A stretch of 64,000 nucleotides of DNA from Nymphaea colorata. Its lineage: Eukaryota. This document shows positions 1-12,030 of this stretch, piece by piece. The position numbers and the translations under genes were made by a program. Positions within the stretch are counted from its first letter, which is position 1. The number at the start of each line of letters is the position of its first letter. Where the stretch lies: positions 29,760,001-29,824,000 of the forward strand of contig NC_045138.2 of NCBI RefSeq assembly GCF_008831285.2. The letters run 5' to 3'. The notes under the pieces are model-generated. The model was not told the origin of the DNA. It did not search any database and was given only the letters and a program-made list of their open reading frames with translations.

Positions 1-69
1 TCTTTTTCATGTATGTACACATCCTAGACTTATAATTGTTTGATGAAATGTCATTGTGCATGTCCACAG

Positions 70-1520
70 TTTTTTTATGGTTTTTTTTTTGTCATATCTG
101 AGATTTTCCTTAACATCTTTTATATATATATATATATATATATAATGTGAAGAGTATTTTGGATTCTGATTTTTCAACTGAGATGGAAGGTGTTTACATG
201 TTACATAGTATTTCACTTTTTGTGCTTAACATTTTTGTATAGTCTTTTACCAATAATTGCCGACCTGATAGAAGGAACAGCTACAAGTTACATATCTTGT
301 AGATATGTTGACCAGCAAGAAGCAAAAGTTTTCCATTTGCATCAGCTTTTAGTGCACTACCTTTTAATATGTAGATCCAAAAAGGACAGCTCAAAATTTG
401 GAACTTGAACTTGACAGTTTAATGGGCTAGGCACCACCTTTACTAAGTTTCAGCTTGTGTTTAAATATTGTTTTTTTTTTCCATATAGAATCTGAATTAT
501 ATCTTGTAGCTTTTAAAACAAAAAATAAAAAAGACTTATCATGTTATTTGAGTACTGGCCGATATGGGACTGAATCAATATGGGTGAAGGATGTTCCTCC
601 AAGGGCATAATGGTGTTTCTATTTGGCATCTATGGACAGGTTTCTCTCTCACAACAGATTGCAATTTTCTAATATAAATCTTGCCAGCAGATGTGCCATC
701 TGTGGAAGGGATTTGGAATCACCAGTGCATGTGTTTTTGACCTACAGCATAGTTAAAGGAGTGTGATGTTCACTAGGTTAGGTATTTAATATTGATGCAG
801 ACATGGAAATGAGAAGGAAGCATAGAGTTAAATGGATGTCAAGAACTTGGAGATGACTTTTCCAATAACCATTTGGAAGGGGAGAAACAAAGCGGTCCAT
901 CAAACAGGTCATGTTTCTAGTGCAACTCTTTTCTTTAATGTTTTGAATGATGTCAAAAACATAGCTCTCAATGCTACTTGGAGCAGAAAATGTCAAACTG
1001 AAATTCTATTGTAGTTTAGATGGGGTATTGCTCCTCGTCCATCGCCAGCTTATGGGAATTCTGAGCTGATTTTTCAAATTGCATGTGCAGAAGATGGGCG
1101 TTGCTTATGCTTGAGACACAAGGATGGCACTCTTCTTAACACTGGTTGTTACGTTAGAACTTTGAATAGAAGGTTTCAGGTTGATGAAGCTGTCTCAGAG
1201 CCCTTGTTTTTGTTAGACATGTACATAGACTGATCAATATTGGTTTGGGGCAAAGTAAGTAGTGTTCTTGTGTCAAAAAAGCTATGGGAATGCTATGTAT
1301 CGGAGGAATGGGATGTAGTTTTGTTGTGAATAGGAATTGGTCATTCCTTGTTTTGAATTGTAACCCAACTAGGGAGACTGTAGGTCTGCTGGATAAAATT
1401 TGTAATGTTTTACTCAGCCGGTGTGTGGGACTCTTGCCCAGCATGATCGATCATCAAACCAAGGGAGGAATTTATTCAAGTTATTGAAATTTGTCTAAAT
1501 ATATCAAATATAGCCTTTTG
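70..1520 (+). repeat. Segmental duplicate of ~9020-10585 (3' flank of the P-class PPR gene)
   Basis: Near-identical collinear sequence; ORFs 832-1014 and 9896-10078 (MDVKNLEMTFPITIWKG...) differ by one residue. Both copies end at ...aaatatagccttttgaa. Confidence 0.95.
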
Positions 1521-2971
1521 AACAAGTCTTCCGTCTCTTCCTCTCTCGTTTGTGCAGCGGCTTCCGTTTGGTCGGCGTCCCTCGGCCAGATTCGTCCAAA
1601 TGGATGAAGAAGACGACCGCTAGTGCGAGTTTTACCAGTATTTTTACCTTCAAAGCACGAAAGGGTCCCGCTCATTGTGGCTCCCCAAGCAGCACCTGCG
1701 CCCTGAAACAAAAGAAGCCCCGCCCTACCAACAGCAGAGCATCCCCCTGTGTATTCAAAATCCGCTGCTGTGCCAAGGATGAACCGGAGAAACCGGCTGT
1801 CGCTTCGAACTCGACTTCTCCTCCGACGCCGCGAAATGCAGGATTGGCCACTGAAAGGGCAGCCTCTGAAGGTTTGGTCTTTGCTTTGGGTAGCAATGGT
1901 TCCTGGGATTCTTGTGAAATTGGCTCCCCAATAGTTGGGAGATACCTAAAGCGATGACGAGGAGAGGTGGTACATGTGGTATCACGGGAGAGTGGAAAAT
2001 TTGTCGGATTCCGTCGGCGTGACGGTTTCTTCCAACGGGATCCACTGGGAGAGGGGCCCTGCAAGTGCGAAGACTGCTCGGGATGTTGGGCAAGTAATGC
2101 ATTGCAGCAACGACGGGTGGGCCTTTGATACACAGAACATCAGGCCCTCTGAGAGTTGCTCCGATTTGGATTGGAGAAGGAAAACTCTGTGTAAATCGGA
2201 TGAAGCTCTGGTGGTGCCACCATTGATTCTGCTAATTGGGGTTTTGGTTGTGCAATTAAGTTTGTTGTGACGGCATCTTACTGTGAGTTCTGCATCGGAG
2301 CAGAAGTAGTGGCCACGCACACTCAGGTTCGTGCATTCATGTCTACGGAGTGTTCTTTCCTTTTACCCAGTTTCATTTCCCCAGTTTCCTTGTGTAATAT
2401 TAGTCGAGTATAATTCTCTTCTGTTATATTATACTGTAATAATGGTGTTGCAAAAATTCATCTGTATCGCTGTTTTTCTGCTCGATTTTGTCATCAATGT
2501 GTATGCGAGAATGCAAGCCATAACACTAACAGGAGTAGTCTCGTCTTTACACAGATAGCTGCTATTGCATATATCCTGCACATCGAGTTATTTGCAAATC
2601 ACCCTGAACGACAGTGCTTTTCTACCTGTGCATTTCAGTATAGATTAGACATCTCTTCCCCCTCACTGGGTCTGAGCACAGGTATAAAAAAAGTGGTGAA
2701 TTGCTGCTCTTCCTTGATTGATGTCCCTTTATTTACTGCTTGCTTGTCTTACCGGAGGTATCAATTTCTGCTTGCTTCCTTCTTACATTCCTTCATAATA
2801 AAGAAACAAGTTTCTGGAAATATGTTTCTTTGTTATCAAACTAAGAAATATTTTTTTTGGAAACTTATTTCTCAGTTATGACACACACATTAAAATGAGA
2901 ATAGGGAAGATTTTTCCCATTCCTTGAAAATATATTTTCAATTCCAGATTTTTAGGCCATTAAACGCCCTT
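1521..2971 (+). mobile_element. Right part of a non-autonomous PIF/Harbinger-like element carrying a host gene fragment
   Basis: Ends in ccattaaacgccctt, whose reverse complement resembles aaggtccgtttgatgg at 13047. 1521-1696 is homologous to 13335-13533, which follows that left end. Confidence 0.55.
1750..2153 (+). pseudogene. Fragment of a conserved plant protein with a glycosyl-hydrolase-like five-bladed beta-propeller domain; frameshifted and truncated
   Basis: EGLVFALGSNGSWDSCEIGSPIVGRYL, then an extra A at ~1948-1950, then SDDEERWYMWYHGR...DSVGVTVSSNGIHWERG...WAFDTQNIRPSE. Similarity stops abruptly after RPSE. Confidence 0.75.
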
Positions 2972-5285
2972 GAGGCTGCGTTTGATTGCAAGGAAGAATT
3001 TAACGTGGTAAATTTACCACGGTAATTTTTTCTGGAAAAAAATACAGGATGAAATTTAACCATTTTCTGATTTAAGGTCCCGTTTGATTGCATGGAAGTT
3101 TTTTTCAGAGTAAAATTAACTGTGTTTGATGCGCATAGTAGTTTTTTGCAGGATAAATTTAACTAAGCTTCAAAGGAGAATCATATTACTTTGAACTATG
3201 GTTAGGAACTGAGTGGGAGGTTTCATTGTCCATACTGTTCGAGCTTAGTTTCGAGTAAATGTTGAGAATGTCCTTTTCCAATTTGTTAGTAGTTTAGCAA
3301 TGGTTATGATTATTGCTTTGTATTCAATCCAAAAGTACAGTTTTCCTCTTCTGTTGCATATTTTTTTACTTTACTCGAACAATTCAAGTATCACATGCAA
3401 TCTGCACTGCACTATGCATAGGCTAGGAGCTTAAAAATTCGAAGAATCTTGCATAACAAGGAGCAGGGAGAGAAACATGAATCTAACATCAGAATAGAGG
3501 ATAAGCATATGGCAATCGTAATTCATATGTCCAATATGAAAATGAATGAGCAAGACATGTGATGATGCTTTCACATAAGATGCTTTCACATAAGACATGT
3601 GGACACTAGCCCTCCCATGTTATGCTGCTTTAACATAAGAAATCATAACATGTGAAGTTACAAATATGTTCATCATTTTTACTATGACCAACTAATATTT
3701 CCTAAGTTACAAATATGTTCATCATTTTTACTATGACCAACTAATATTTCCTTTCCCTAGCTGTTTATGTGCTTGTTAAACACATACCAACAAATTGTAG
3801 CCAAAACTACACCAGTTATTAGGAAATGAAACATCAACACTGGAAAAACTGTTAAAACAGCATGCGCCACAGTCGTATCATACCTGAAAGCAAGGAGTCA
3901 TGTCAGAATTAGCATCATTGTTCCAGTTTCCAAACAGGAAGCAGGTTCATCAAATAAAAGCTCCTAGCCTATGCATAGTGCAGTGCAGATTGCATGTGAT
4001 ACTTGAATTGTTCGAGTAAAGTAAAAAAATATGCAACAGAAGAGGAAAACTGTACTTTTGGATTGAATACAAAGCAATAATCATAACCATTGCTAAACTA
4101 CTAACAAATTGGAAAAGGACATTCTCAACATTTACTCGAAACTAAGCTCGAACAGTATGGACAATGAAACCTCCCACTCAGTTCCTAACCATAGTTCAAA
4201 GTAATATGATTCTCCTTTGAAGCTTAAGTATGTTCCTTTGCGAACAATGCAGAGTCGAGCATCAGAATTTTGCAAATCTTTCCAAACCTCAATCTCCTTT
4301 TCTCAAGCCATGAGCAACCATTAGTTTCGGAACAGCTAACCTGTACTACAGTGCACTCATACCAGGTACTAGATGGGTTCGATTGGTGCTTCGAACCAAA
4401 CATAGCCAGTTCCACATATATGTGAAGTAGCCGACTATAATCTTCAAAGCATATTTTCAATCTAATTAGATATTTATCCTTTACCAAACACAAGATTTAT
4501 CTAAGTAACTTAAGCATCAGAATGATCTAAAAGAGTCACAACCCATAAAGAATCTGTCAAAAACATGCAGCACAAAAATCAGTTTCCACAATCAATCAGC
4601 ATATTTTCACCAACAAGTTCTTTCCAATTTTATTTAACTCATTAATGTATAATACCAACATCAAGATAAAAGCAACCCATTTGTCCGTTTGATGTCCTAG
4701 CCCTAATGTCATTGTAAAATTCAACGGAAACAGAGGTAGCTGAAGTAAAAACAGATAGCTGTTACCAGTGAATGAGAAATCGCCACGTACCTTAGTAAAG
4801 GAGCAGCGACGAGGGAAGAACAGAAATTTCCTGTTGAAGATGGTGCTTGAGGTCGTGCGTCTGAAGGAAGATAGAGCAACAGAGGAGTGGAACGACAGAA
4901 CAAGAGAGCAAGAGAGCAGAGGAATGAGAGACCGAGAGAGGAGAGGGGAAGAGGAGAAAACGAGATAGGCTGGAGAGAGCGAGAGAGAAGAGGCTCTGAG
5001 AGCGGACATGAACGAGAGACCGAGAGAGGAGAGGGGAAGAGGCGACGGAAGGGAAATACGAGAGAAAACAGGATGAAGCGAGCGATAGAGAAGAGGCCCT
5101 GCGAGAGGAGAGGAACGAGAGACCGAGAGGGGAAGAGGCGAAAGAGGAGAAATATCCGTGGTAAAAAGTCCGAGTTCTAACCTCGGACTTTTTACCGGGT
5201 GAAAAATGCTGCGATCGTACGAGTTTTGCGGGGTGAATTCCTACGGGGCTTAAAGGAGAGTTTTCGTTTTCCATAATGCATAATG
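2972..5285. mobile_element. Second Harbinger-like non-autonomous element; right end missing or degenerate
   Basis: Starts gaggctgcgtttgattgc, with internal ggtcccgtttgattgc, an 18-bp palindrome cgtggtaaatttaccacg (3004-3021), a GA-rich tract 4860-5150 and a hairpin ggtaaaaagtccgag/ctcggactttttacc (5160-5196). Confidence 0.45.
3164..4226. repeat. Inverted repeat with 269-bp arms (3164-3432 and 3958-4226) and a 525-bp spacer
   Basis: Base-by-base reverse-complement reading found no mismatch, from taagcttcaaaggag...ggctaggagctt to aagctcctagcc...ctcctttgaagctta. Confidence 0.95.
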
Positions 5286-5900
5286 CTAGATTCTTTTCAA
5301 CTTTCATCACTAACTGCTTGCACCAATCAGCTTGAAGATCGCCGGTGAACAGTGGGAGCGCCAAATAGATGAGAGGCAGGGAGCCAATTGCCCAACTCAT
5401 ATTATCAATAAGGCTGGACGAACCTTGTCTCCTACCCAGCAAGATAGCGTGGAACTTGCTAGAGTTTATGCACGTGTTAGAGCACCACTTGAGCTCATCC
5501 AAGGCGCCTTGAACTTCTCTTATCGAAGTTTAATTAACTGCACAGAAAACAATAAAGACGTCAACAAAGGTGAGCAGGTTGGGGCATTTAGCCAAAGAGA
5601 TGGGGGTGAAAGAGGGTCGCCTTTGTCTCAAGTCCTTGCATGTTGAAGTACTCTCCAGACATCCCATCTATAGGGACCGCAAATGTTGTCTAAGAGACGC
5701 AAGTGAGAATTCTGTCAATCGAGGTGCTGCAATACCCCATGCCCCTGAGCGCATTCTCCAAGAGCCTCCAGTTCACTCTATCGTAGACTTTGGAAAGATC
5801 ATTTTTTAAGCACAAATAGTTCTGGTTAAGACCGGAAAGAGAGTGAATACTCTCATGAGCAAGAATTATATTATCTACTAATTGACCGCATGATGGTCGG
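5285..5900 (-). mobile_element. Degenerate L1/LINE reverse transcriptase fragment
   Basis: Minus-strand translation gives QLVDNIILAHESIHS, KNDLSKVYDRVNW, GL/RQGDPLSP and SLPLIYLALPLFTG...VEKNLA, with stops and frameshifts. Confidence 0.85.
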
Positions 5901-6176
5901 AGATGGAAAAGCAGATCTGCCCTTGTATTTCAGATTTGAGTTCATTTCCTACTCGATCTAATATGCCATTATCTGAATCCACCACCATGAGTTCCGAGTG
6001 ACGCTTCCCACATCCCACTCACGCTTCTCCTGCTGCACGACGCTGCAGTGCCTTTTTTGCTTTCTTCTGCTCCCACCAGCACACATAAAGTGGTCGACGA
6101 AATGACTCGACGAAAATGCTTCCGCGAGCAATGCTCGAATCAGCCATGGATCTTTAAAAATAAATTTTACAGCTGA

Positions 6177-8330
6177 ATGGTGTGCCTATCTCTGCATACC
6201 ATGATCGGGCGACTGAGTCGCGCTGCTAATGCGGTCAAAGCTTCGCCATCGGCCCACCTGTTGGTTTCTTGTGCTTACTCATCTTTTGTGGAAAACAAAT
6301 GGGAAAGGATTCTCAAACCATTCGATCTGGAAGAGCTTCGGCGGTCGATGAGAAACAAGATAACCCCGCGTCAGCTTTGCGAATTGATCGAGGTCCCGCT
6401 TGGAATCTCGAAGACAATGTGCATTTTTAGCTGGGTATCATCCCAAAAGAGCTTCTCGCACACGGTAGAGGTATATCGTGCGTTGATCAATAAGCTTGGT
6501 GAGAACAGGGAGTTTAGAAAGATAGACGAGGTGTTGAGTAGAATGAAGGAGTTGGGTGTTGTTTGTGACGAGGCTTTGTTTCTTGTGATCATGAGACGGT
6601 ATCGTGATGCTGGACTGCCGGGTAATGCCGTCAGGATTCTTAAGGAGATGGAGGAGAGGTTTTGGTGCAAACCCACTTTCCGATCATATAATTTTGTATT
6701 GGACTTGTTGGTGTCTCAAAATTGCCACGAAATGGCTCCTCCCATCTTCTTCGAGATGTTGAATCGTGGTGTTTATCCAACGGTTTTATCATTTCTCATT
6801 GCGATGAAGGCGCTTTGTTTGATGAATCAACTGGACTCAGCCTGCTCGTTGCTTTCGGAAATGACGAAGCACGCATGTGTACCGGATACATCGATCTACC
6901 AGACTCTGATACATGCCTTGTGTAAGCATAGAAGAGTTGCCGATGCATTGAAGCTTCTAGAAGAGATGTTTCTCATGGGTTGTCCCGCAGACGTCAAAAC
7001 ATTCAATGCAATTCTTCATGGGTTGTGCACACTCGACCGGATATATGAGGCTGCAAAACTAATTGATAGGATGCTGATGCGGGGGTGCACCCCAAATGAG
7101 AGAACTTACGGAATTCTAATGCACGGTCTTTGTAGAAATGGCAGAATTGATGAAGCCAGGAAACTGTTTGATGAAATAACAAATCCCAACGTAGTCTTGT
7201 ACAATACACTGATAAATGGGTACTTGATGAATGGCCAATTCAATGAAGCCAAGGCCATTTTCTACCGTGATATGTGTTTGCGAGGCTGTGAGCCCGACGT
7301 TTTCACGTACACCATTTTGATTCGTGGTTTGTGCAAAGTCGGGCGTCTCGGTGTGGCGCAGGAATTGCTTCAAGAGATGGTGGTGAAAGGGTGCTCCCCC
7401 AACATTTTTACTTACGTTACAGTGGTCGATGGTTTATGCAAGAAAGGTAGATTGGATGAGGCTCTTGAACTTTTGCAAAGGATGCTGTCAAGAGGCATTA
7501 AATTGAACGTTGTCAGCTACAATTGTCTTATACATGCTTTCTGCAAAAATAGGAGGGTGGATGAGGCTGTAGAAGTATTCAATAAGATGAAGACTGAAGG
7601 TTGCAATCCTGATGTTTTCACTTTTAACTCCTTAATTTATGGCTTCTGTGAAATCGGTAAAATAGAGGAGGCATGCAAGATCTTCCATGAATTGGTTGAC
7701 TACGGTGCAATTCCCAATCAGGTTACTTATAACACTTTAATAAGTTCCTTGCTGAGGAGGGGTTCGTTTCAAGAAGCTCTTAATCTTCTCAATGAAATGG
7801 ATTTCCGAGGTTGTCCACCAGATGCAATCACTTATAATGCTCTCATAAAAGCACTTTGTAAAGGTGGTTTCGTGGGCAAGGCATTAGGTTTGTACGAGGA
7901 AATGCTAAGGAAGAACGCTGCTCCCAATACCATTTCGTATAACATCTTGATAAATGGTCTTTGCGATGCAAGGGATGTCCAAACTGCTCTTGAGCTTCTA
8001 AGAGAAATGATTCATCGAGGATGTGTGCCTGATATAGTCACTTACAATTCCCTGATAAATGGTCTTTGTAGGATACGGGAGGTTCATGAGGCTTTGAAGC
8101 TGTTGGACAAGTTACAGTTGGAAGGCATTTTACCTGATGAAATCACTTACAATACGCTCATTTGCTGGTACTGCAAGAGTAAAATGTTTGAAGATGCTTT
8201 CTGGCTTCTAGGTACAGTTATTGAGAAGGGGATGTCTCCTAATGCGGTCACATGGTCAGCATTAGTCAAGGGTTATGTAAAAGAAGGATCAGATTGGGCA
8301 GAGAATGATGGAGAACTTCTGAAGATATAG
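6177..8330 (+). CDS. MTL1: P-class pentatricopeptide repeat protein, probably mitochondrial (At5g64320/MTL1-like), 717 aa, intronless CDS
   Basis: Tandem 35-aa PPR motifs (TYNSLINGLC, PDVFTYTILIRGLCK). WERILKPFDLEELR..KITP.QL and LLEEMFLMGC match my recollection of At5g64320. Basic transit-peptide-like N-terminus. Confidence 0.9.
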   Translation: MVCLSLHTMIGRLSRAANAVKASPSAHLLVSCAYSSFVENKWERILKPFDLEELRRSMRNKITPRQLCELIEVPLGISKTMCIFSWVSSQKSFSHTVEVYRALINKLGENREFRKIDEVLSRMKELGVVCDEALFLVIMRRYRDAGLPGNAVRILKEMEERFWCKPTFRSYNFVLDLLVSQNCHEMAPPIFFEMLNRGVYPTVLSFLIAMKALCLMNQLDSACSLLSEMTKHACVPDTSIYQTLIHALCKHRRVADALKLLEEMFLMGCPADVKTFNAILHGLCTLDRIYEAAKLIDRMLMRGCTPNERTYGILMHGLCRNGRIDEARKLFDEITNPNVVLYNTLINGYLMNGQFNEAKAIFYRDMCLRGCEPDVFTYTILIRGLCKVGRLGVAQELLQEMVVKGCSPNIFTYVTVVDGLCKKGRLDEALELLQRMLSRGIKLNVVSYNCLIHAFCKNRRVDEAVEVFNKMKTEGCNPDVFTFNSLIYGFCEIGKIEEACKIFHELVDYGAIPNQVTYNTLISSLLRRGSFQEALNLLNEMDFRGCPPDAITYNALIKALCKGGFVGKALGLYEEMLRKNAAPNTISYNILINGLCDARDVQTALELLREMIHRGCVPDIVTYNSLINGLCRIREVHEALKLLDKLQLEGILPDEITYNTLICWYCKSKMFEDAFWLLGTVIEKGMSPNAVTWSALVKGYVKEGSDWAENDGELLKI

Positions 8331-8893
8331 CCAGTAGATGAAGATAGCCAGATGGGAGTTGTTTGGCTGGCCGCCCAGTTACTGCTTGCATTCTTCTGAC
8401 ATCTGGGATTGATGGAACAAATATTTTTGCCTACACAGATGGTTCATACTACCTGGGAGCTAACGCTGTTACTGCTGTTTCATTGGTCTATCCTTCCAGG
8501 TAAAGTAGAAGAATGTTAATGTCGTTTCTGTTTCACCTTGTTCTGCATGATTGAAGTAACATCAGTTTGTGTTAACATTTTCTCATCATTTCTAGGAATT
8601 GCACAAGTTATGAGGGGTTGAATTGTAACAGAACCCACTCATGTTTTAAGAGAGTAAGGTATGTTATATTTTGCATCTGATTCTTGCATTATTGCCTCTG
8701 TTGTCCATAATAAACTAACAAAGTGTGCCTGCAATCAATCTCGGTAGCCAGTGGACAAGGTATCAATAACTCGCCATGTAGTTGATGTTTTTGGAATTTC
8801 TTATTGATACTTCAAGCAACAAAAATGATTGCATATGTAAATGTAAATCTCTTTCTCTCTCTCTCTCTCTTTCTGTATCACTCACACACAGAT

Positions 8894-9064
8894 TATAAGA
8901 TGTTAAGGAAAATCTCAGATATGAGAAAAGAAGAAAAAAACATAAAAAAACTGTGCACATACACAATGAGATTTCATCAAACAATCATAAGTCTAGGATG
9001 TGTACATACACGGTTTTTTAATGTTTTTTTCTTCTTTTCTCATATCTGAGATTTTTCTTAACAT

Positions 9065-9070
<6 letters not shown>
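8894..9070. repeat. Short imperfect inverted repeat (~60-bp arms, ~57-bp loop) abutting a (TA)n tract
   Basis: tataagatgttaaggaaaatctcagatatgagaaaagaagaaaaaaacat... pairs with ...atgtttttttcttcttttctcatatctgagatttttcttaacatcttata. Confidence 0.85.
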
Positions 9071-9118
<48 letters not shown>

Positions 9119-10689
9119 GTGAAGAGTATTTTGGATTCTGATTTTTCTCGTGAGATGGAAGGTGTTAACACGCTGCATTTGTATTTTGAAAGCCCCACTT
9201 CAAAAGATTCTTTTTGTACGATTCTGATTTTTCAACTGAGATGGAAGGTGTTTACATGCTGCATAGTATTTCACTTTTTGTACTTAACTTTTTTGTATAG
9301 TCTTTTACCAATAATTGCCGACCTGATAGAAGGAACAGCTACAAGTTACATATCTTGTAGACCAGCAAGAAGCAAAAGTTTTCCATTTGCATCAGCTTTT
9401 AGTGCACTACCTTTTAATATGTAGATCCAAAAAGGACAGCTCAAAATTTGGAACTTGAACTTGACAGTTTAATGGGCTAGGCACCACCTTTACTACCTTT
9501 ACTAAGTTTCAGCTTGTGTTTAAATATTGTTTTTTTTTCATATAGAATCTGAATTATATCTTGTAGTTTTTAAAACAAAAAATAAAAAAGACTTATCATG
9601 TTATTTGAGTACTGGCCGATATGGGACTGAATCAATATGGGTGAAGGATGTTCCTCCAAGGGCATAATGGTGTTTCTATTTGGCACCTATGGACAGGTTT
9701 CTCTCTCACAACAGATTGCAATTTTCTAATATAAATCTTGCCAGCAGATGTGCAATCTGTGAAAGGGATTTGGAATCACCAGTGCATGTGTTTTTGACCT
9801 ACAGCATAGTTAAAGGAGTGTGATGTTCACTAGGTTAGGTATTTAATATTGATGCAGACATGGAAATGATGGTGGAGAAGGAAGTATAGAGTTAAATGGA
9901 TGTCAAGAACTTGGAGATGACTTTTCCAATAACCATTTGGAAGGGGAGAAACAAAGCTGTCCTTCAAACAGGTCATGTTTCTAGTGCAACTCTTTTTTTT
10001 AATGTTTTGAATGATGTCAAAAACATAGCTCTCAATGCTACTTGGAGCAGAAAATGTCAAACTGAAATTCTATTGTAGTTTAGATGGGGTATTGCTCCTC
10101 GTCCATCGCCAGCTTATGGGAATTCTGAGCTGATTTTTCAAATTGCATGTGCAGAAGATGGGCGTTGCTTATGCTTGAGACACAAGGATGGCACTCTTCT
10201 TAACACTGGTTGTTACGTTAGAACTTTGAATTGAAGGTTTCAGGTTGATGAAGCTGTCTCAGAGCCCTTATTTTTTTTAGACATGTACATAGACTGATCA
10301 ATATTTGTTTGGGGCCAAGTAAATTGTGTTCTTGTGTCAAAAAAGCTATGGGAATGCTATGTATCGGAGGAATGGGATGTAGTTTTGTTGTAAATAGGGT
10401 TTGGTCATTCCTTGTTTTGAATTGTAACCCAACTAGGGAGACTGTAGGTCTGCTGGATAACTTTTGTAATGTTTTACTCAGCCGGTGTGTGGGACTCTGG
10501 CCCAGCATGATCGATCATCAAACCAAGGGAGGAATTTATTCAAGTTATTGAAATTTGTCTAAATATATCAAATATAGCCTTTTGAAAAATTGCGGGTGAT
10601 AACAGCAACCTAATAGTTCTATCAATGTGGATTCATCTTTTGAAAGACATTTTGGTAAACTACGCATGATTTTGGTAAACTACGCATGA

Positions 10690-12030
10690 TTATTTCTTAA
10701 GATTTGTCGCCTCTTGTTTTCAATGCCTCAAGGATTATACTAACCATAAAATTCAACCTCGTTCACTGCATGCATTTTTATGGGCTATAGTGATTATCAT
10801 GAAGGACATAGGTGTTTGTATTTACCTAGTGGACAAGTTTTCATTAGTCGACATGTATTATTTGATGAAAGTGTATGGGTTTAAGATTGCGAGGAATATG
10901 CTCAACCATTTTTTAGAGTGGATCTTGCCATGCAACGTCGAAGTTTGTGAGAAAAGTTCTTTTAATCTATTATCCTTAATGAGACACGAGCCATCAAGGA
11001 TACACTTGATTCCTTGAACACCCTGGATTGCATGAGCGGTGGAAGAGGAGATGGCAGCTGTCCAAAGAACTGGACATGGGACCTTCTTCCCAAACCAACA
11101 GATGCTTGTACCATCTCTAAATGGGTTTTAGAACAATATTAAAAGGTGATGAGAACTTAGAGCTGCTAAAAGTTCAGCCTGTGACACACAGTTTTTCTCA
11201 AATTCCTCGAGTTGATTTTTGTAAACCTTTCTCTCCAATTGTTAAACCTGTTACTATTCGGTTGGTCTTAGTCTTGCCATCTCTAAGCACTGGACCATTA
11301 GGTAGCTTGATATTAAAAATGTATTTTTACGTGGATTTCTTAATGATCCCATTTATATGCACCAACTGCCTGGGCTCATGGACCTCAAAAATCCAAACTG
11401 TGTGCAAAGTATGGCATGCACTTTATGGTTAGTGGTAGCCTTCTTGAGCTTGGTTTGATTTTTTTTTTTTTGGTTCATTCCTCCTCTCCGTGGGATTTTA
11501 TTGTAGTAGTTGACTCTTATTTATTTGTGTTTATCACTTACGAGGTATTGTTTATCTCCTATGTATGTAAATGATGTCATAATCACAGGTAGTGGCTTAT
11601 CTTTTCTTAATCAAATCATCAAAGTTTTCAAATAGGAATTTGCCATGCAATACCTTGGGATACTTGATCTTTTGTTTTTTGGCATACAAGTTACCCACAC
11701 CTTTGATGGATTTTGCTCAACCAATCTCTTTATGCTTATGAAATTTTTGATCCAGCAAAAAAAAAATTGACTCTAGGCTTGTTTCCACTAAAATGACAGG
11801 CCTTCCTGCGCCTCCATAGCATGACGAGCTTCTTGATGATGTCAAGGAATTTCAAAGCATCATTAGCAGTTTGCATGGCCGAATGCCTGTTTATCAACCA
11901 ACAAGGGATTTCCTTCCTGACTTTTTCATGCCATTTTAAGTTGTTGATCAAACTTTTAATACGTTTCCACAACTTATCTTCCCACAGCCTGTCACAAAGC
12001 CAGGCTGATACCACCTGTTCTTCCTGATGG
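10690..12030 (+). mobile_element. Degenerate Ty1/Copia pol fragment (SH3 region and reverse transcriptase)
   Basis: CIFMGYSDYHEGHRCLYLPSGQVFISRHVLFDE, then EEEMAA..TWDLLPKP and VDFCKPFSPIVKPVTIRLVL, with many stops and frameshifts. Confidence 0.85.

Noticed and set aside
3650..3752. Short tandem repeats (also 10650-10690, 15712-15783, 43317-43373, 44930-45103) considered as CRISPR-like or functional arrays
   Set aside because: Two-copy local duplications without spacers in eukaryotic DNA.
4596..5502. Long ORFs such as 4792-5502 (236 aa) and 4887-5180
   Set aside because: Low-complexity translations of a GA/CT tract joined to a LINE fragment; not genes.
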